Positions 58,742 to 64,000 of a DNA stretch of 64,000 nt are shown here, piece after piece (the first letter of the stretch is position 1; every line of letters starts with the position of its first letter). The notes beneath the pieces are model-generated. The model made no database searches, was not told the DNA's origin, and saw nothing but the letters and a program-made list of their open reading frames with translations. The stretch lies in the NCBI RefSeq assembly GCF_009914755.1, contig NC_060930.1. One strand, written 5' to 3'. This stretch comes from the human T2T-CHM13v2.0 reference genome, Homo sapiens. The translations under genes and the position numbers were made by a program.

Positions 58742-61285
58742 CTAATGTGTGCCCCCAAAACTTAGAAAGCCTCAGGAATTGAAGGCAGCAAGGAAATGTA
58801 AAGACAGGAAACAAGAGAACTGGGAGAATGCTCAAAATAAAAGAATTGGTTCGAAGTCTTTATGAGTTGCAGTTAGACGCCCAGATCTCTTCCCCCACCC
58901 CACACATCCAATCAGATAGTCCCTTTCACCCTGGCAGAAGACTAAGATGTATTCTCTGAGGAGGCTGAGTCAGGGAGCTTCTGAACTTAATAATGCACTC
59001 CATAATGTTGAAAGTATGCTATTCTGGACAATGGCAATGGGAACACCTGGGGAAGGAATGATGCACTATTCTAAGGTCATGGGAATGAAGGCAAAGATGT
59101 GTACTAAACGACAGCACCTAAAGCCTTTCTCCATGGAAAGTGGTCACCCAGGGAAAAAAACTAAGGTTATTGACATTTGTTCAGGGGTCCCTGAACAAAA
59201 TGTCTCTCTCGACCCCTGACAATAAGTGAAGGTAAGAATACACCATATGCGGGTATGCAAGATGTCAATTTCTTTCTTCTTATGTACCCTGTGCCAGGGA
59301 GCCTGGAGGATGTGTTCCACCAAAATCAGGATATAAACAGAGAAGTGGGAGGTGGGGGTGGGAAGAGAGGGAGGGATAGGAAGAGAGAGCATCTAGCACA
59401 GGAGAGAAGAAAAGAGAAGGACCAGGAGGACAATGACAAATAGCTATAGGAAGTAGACCTATAAGCAGAATAGTCCTGAGAAGAAAAATCTCCGATCCAC
59501 TGTGCTTGACAATATTATTGTATTTTACCATTATTTCAAACACACAGAAGAGTGAGCAAGCTAAAAACATAAAGATGTGTGGTTTTTTTCAATAAATAAA
59601 GAAAATGTAAACATAGTATCCAAGGTGGCTTAGCTGTGAATTATGAAGACTATAATAATGAATGTGATTTAACCCTAAATTGGAATGATTGGGAAGTTGT
59701 GGGTGTAGGGAAAGGTGGTGAAAAAAGGGAAATGTTTTGGATCATTGTAAGCCTTAGAGTGTTAGTTGGCTTTTTAAACTATGTACAGTATTACTTAGAT
59801 AAAAACTAAAATTAAATTTCAAATATAAGGTTAATTAACCCATGTGAAGCACATACTTCAGCATGTATTTTAAAATGCAAAGGTATTCTTAATGAATATT
59901 AATCTTAAAGGCTTCAAGGTCTTCCAAAAGGCAGAATTTTACAAATGTAAATTTTTAAAATTATTATGGTATTGTATAATATTCCTGCACTAATATGTGT
60001 TAAAAGGGTTCTATCAACCCTGGATTTTAATTTTTCAAATGTATGACATAGTTTCTTTTGTTGTTTATGGAAAAGCTGAGCAACTTGGTAACGAATGTGA
60101 ATATGTTTGGAAGCCCAATCCAGCTCATGTAGATGCATATTTGTTTCCATGATCATTTGAAATTCTATGGAGTCACCACTGCTGATTCAAACCTGGCCAG
60201 GCTTCCTGATTCTAATCTCATCCCAGGGTGAATTGAGGTTAGCTGCTGGAGGGAATGTTCAGTTCAGTTGAATGTAAATCTAGCGCCAAGCCACATGTGA
60301 GCTGAGTGTGCCAGGATGCCAAGTGATAAATCGAGGAAAGAAAGATCACATGAGGCTGACATCTTAGCACTGACACATGGCCCTCTTCTGCAGAAATACT
60401 GGGCAAAGAGTTGTGAGTCAGCTACAAGGAAGATAGGGCTTTCCACTGAAAAAGGCAGTGTTCAAAGGACTCATTCGTCAGGAAAAAGAATTCCCATGTC
60501 AATGAGAGCTGAATGTGAGCTACACTCATCTTTGGATAGGTATTTGATGAATACTCGTATTCTTGGAGTGACTTTCCAACATTTAACTAAGACCATTCAG
60601 CCTTCACAACCCATTTGACTTAAAGGGCAAAAGTGCCTATCTGACAATTTTGATGATCAGACATTGCCTTCTTCCCCTTCTACTCCTGCTAGATCCATTC
60701 TAGTCTCTGTCTAGTTAATTCCTTTAAAAACCTCCATGTTAAAGTAGACTTCAATATCTAGCATACTAGTTCCAGAAAAATGATACCAAAAAGGTATATT
60801 AGATTGCACATGGTGGTGAAAATGTTTAAAAATCCTGAAAAAAAAAAAGGTATTATGTAAAAGAGACAAAAGAGAGGAAAAAAGCTCTTTGGATTTTTTG
60901 ATTAGCAGAAGGTACACATCTTTATGTGCAAAAAACCTGCCGTCTCCTAAATATCCTTATTTGGGGTGGTGTAGGTCATAAGGGGTAGAATTTATATTTA
61001 GAAAGTACATATACATTTTAAACTTAATAATGTTGAAAGATATGCACTATACACTCATAAAATAGCCTTATAATTTAAAAAAATCTATATGCACTTATTA
61101 CAAGTATTTTAAATAAACCAGAAAAGTCTAAATAAAAAGTAGCCCAAATTCTGTCACCCAGGGAAACTCTATTTTATTAATATCTTTCCAGACAGCTCTG
61201 TATGGCCACACATGCAATTTTATAATGGGATTATAAAATTGGGGTTATACCCCTCATACTGTTGTCCAACCTGGAGAATTATATA

Positions 61286-61477
61286 CAGATGCTCCTCAAT
61301 TTATGATGCCACTGCATTCCCAATAATCCATTCTAAGTTGAAATCTTCAACTTACAATGGGTTTATCTGGGTGTAAGCCCATTGTAAATTGAGGAGTGTA
61401 TTGAATATATATCACTTTCACATCATCATAAAGTCAAAAAACTGTAAATCAAACCTTCCTAAGTCAGTGACCCCCTG
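61286..61477. mobile_element. MER47/Tigger5-type MITE
   Basis: TA|CAGATGCTCCTCAATTTATGATG ... TAAGTCAGTGACCCCCTG|TA. Confidence 0.75.
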
Positions 61478-61603
61478 TACCCTTAAACAATGAGATAAAC
61501 TTCCATCAAGCATGGCAGTACTCTGGCTTTGTTCTCCGTTTGAAAAACCGTCACTTTATAGGCTTAATATATCTATTTTACACATTAAGACTGTACCTTC
61601 AAA

Positions 61604-61801
61604 CTGTGTTGTTCCATACAGTAGCCCTAGTCATGTGTGGCTAAACTTGAATTAACAAAAATTGAATAAAATTTAAAATTCAGTTCCTGAGGTGCACTAA
61701 TAACATTTCAATGGCTCCAGAGTAACATATGGCTGGTGGCTACTGTATTAGACAATACAGAATGGTTTCATCATCACAGAAAGTTCTGCTGGACAGTGCT
61801 G
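61604..61801 (-). mobile_element. MER3 hAT-Charlie MITE
   Basis: tttaaaattcagttcct...atatggctggtggctactgtatt...catcatcacagaaagttct..tggacagtgctg. Confidence 0.8.
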
Positions 61802-62944
61802 AGTTGGAACCAGGTGTTCTTTACACACAGACCACTTAAAGACTGAGGTTTTATTTATACACCTGAGTTTTCCAAGCACTTTTATCTTTGACTGTGGCCA
61901 ACATTCTATAGGGCTAAATCCCAACTTTAGCAGCCGGAAGTCGCAACTGAAGAGACCAGCCATTTGGATTAGGAAGACAAAAAAAAAAAAAAAAAAAAGA
62001 CTTTCCCACTGTTTCCAGTGACTTCTCAAAGGGTATGGCTTCCAGCTATTCTGGTGACCAGAATGACACTCCCCTTAACCCTGAGCTTCCTTGGGACATG
62101 ACAGCTCTTGCTCACTGAGAATGAGTGTGAGAGTTTGAGGGTGGATCCTCCTTTGTAGATTGGGACCCATCCTACGTCAGCCTGGGAAAATCACTCCAAA
62201 TATCAGAAAATAAATAAAACAAGGACAATTAAAGAGCAACAAGGTCTGGGAACTGGATCCAAACCAACCACCCACCTGCAGTTCCTCTAGATCTTACGCT
62301 ATCACGAGGAGAGGGGAAAAAATAAATGAAGAAAAAAACCTCCATGTGTCCAGTGTTAAGCTCTCAAGCTGAGCAAATAAATAACCCTCTCCCCCTTTTG
62401 GGTTCCCTGTGTCTCTAGAGAACAGGATGCAAAATTAAATTCCAAGCTCGTTCCAATAATTTGAGAAGATAAACTTCCAATTTCTTAGAATTTATGTTCA
62501 ATTTGAATAAGCACCTAAAGTTACAGGCTCTCCAAACTCACACAAGTCCCCTACCCCCAGCTTTAAATCCCTGGAGGCTGAAAGTTTGGCAATGAGAACA
62601 AACATTCTCACAATTTCTTATTCTTCCTTCTTCCACTTAAACTTTAACTTTCTCAACAATGCCCTTCAGAGGTTTCCTTTCAGCACGTCTTCCTCCAGTC
62701 CTAGGAGGAATGTGGAAATATGAGAAAAAGAAACTAACAGCATGAGAAGAGATTTTCAATTTCTGTGGGTCCCCAAAATGGTTCAGTCTGAAGTTCGTAG
62801 GAAGATGTGGAATCATTTCTCACTTGTTGTAAACTGTCATATCTCTGCTTATGAGCCATTTTTGTTCAGTAGATACCCATTCGACATGGAGATCTATCCA
62901 CTCTCTATCCTAAGGGGCAGACTTTGGAAGAACTACTGGTTTTA

Positions 62945-63690
62945 TTTTCAATTCGTTCATTTATTTGCTCAATAAACATTAATTGAGCAGCTGCTGTGTA
63001 CTAGGGACAGAGCCAAGTGCTATGTTGACAAGCATTAATAAGAAATGGCTCCTGTCCTTAAGGAGCTCTAAGGAAAAAGAGAAGCAAGATATGGCGATGA
63101 ATGCTAGGATGGAGAGCTGCATGGAGGAAGGGCACCCATTGCAAAAGGGGCGAGGGGAATGTGGTCTGGGAAAGCTTCCTTCAGGAGAAGATACTTGAAC
63201 TGAGTCTTGAAACATAGCTCTAAATTAGCCACACAGTGAAGGTAGATAGAAATATCCCAGCATAATGTTTGTGGAGGGACAAACAAATCAATGAGGTTGG
63301 CACAGCATAGTGGCAAGAAATAAGGCTGGAGAATTGGACAGAGTCAGATGAGGAGAGGCCCTTTATTTCACCCTGAAGGTGATACAGTCATAGAAGGGTT
63401 TTTAACATGGAATGATGGGAGAGGGTCATCATTTCAGAGAGATTACTGCAGTATGATTTTGGGAGATGGACTGAAAGTGAACACACATGAGGAGAGAGAA
63501 ACACCATTGTAGATGTGACAACAGTGCCTCGGGGAGAAACTAGGGGACTACTGAAGATCTAGAAAGGACCCAATGAGAGGAATCCAATAAATATTGAGGC
63601 AAAATTTTCAAGATCTGATGACCAAATGGATAAATAGAGGGAGACTACAGTGGCTTCTAAGGGCAATTGAGTGATTAAAACATAAACTAG
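62945..63690 (-). mobile_element. L2 remnant
   Basis: Begins ttcgttcatttatttgctcaataaacatt.attgagc, followed by a purine-rich L2 antisense body. Confidence 0.65.
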
Positions 63691-64000
63691 TATTTTAAGA
63701 TTTGTTTGTTGGGGGGATGGTGGTTATTAACAGAATATCTACTCTGGCCTCTGACATACACACAAACATTCCTAAGACAGGAAAAAGAGGACAAACTTTC
63801 CTATGAGCCTCACAACTGATTCTCATTATTCTAGAAAGCCTTGCCTCTCGCATTAGTGTTCTGTTTTCTAGACTTTGCTGACTCTTTCAAAACAAACAGA
63901 TAGGCAAAGAAATCTAAGATATCATTCACTAGGTAAAATAATTTGAATTTTGGCATCAACCTAAATGAGACCCTTTCAGTTATTTAGTCAACAGTGTTTA

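Noticed and set aside
59347-59375. G-quadruplex consensus motif
   Set aside because: Purine-rich low complexity within decayed repeat sequence; common and without supporting context

Overview
Human genomic DNA (a consensus-perfect AluYa5 plus primate L1PA, THE1 and MER85 elements). It is AT-rich, repeat-dense and almost entirely intronic. The only coding sequence I can support is one + strand exon, ATG 20543 to donor CCAG|GTAAAT at 20780 (79 codons + 1 nt). I recognise it from memory, not from a search, as an alternative first coding exon of PDE7B (cAMP phosphodiesterase 7B, 6q23.3). The window is therefore a large early PDE7B intron with an internal promoter; the shared downstream exon (G-DIRLRGQ...) is not in the window. 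A full-length COX5B processed pseudogene with a 14-bp TSD lies about 3.3 kb upstream on the - strand. Most interesting: (1) an interrupted CAG/CAC repeat in the ATG-free leader of this exon, with an optimal-context in-frame CUG, an overlapping poly-Ala frame and long antisense ORFs; (2) an unexplained ~112-bp-arm, transition-rich inverted repeat at 47.8-48.6 kb; (3) a CRE/GATA/CGCG motif cluster at 33.6 kb, a possible cAMP feedback enhancer; (4) a pristine AluYa5 with no proper TSD; (5) a near-intact MER85 piggyBac MITE. The other ORFs in the track are repeat-derived or chance. Repeat subfamily names and old-repeat boundaries were assigned by eye and are approximate.
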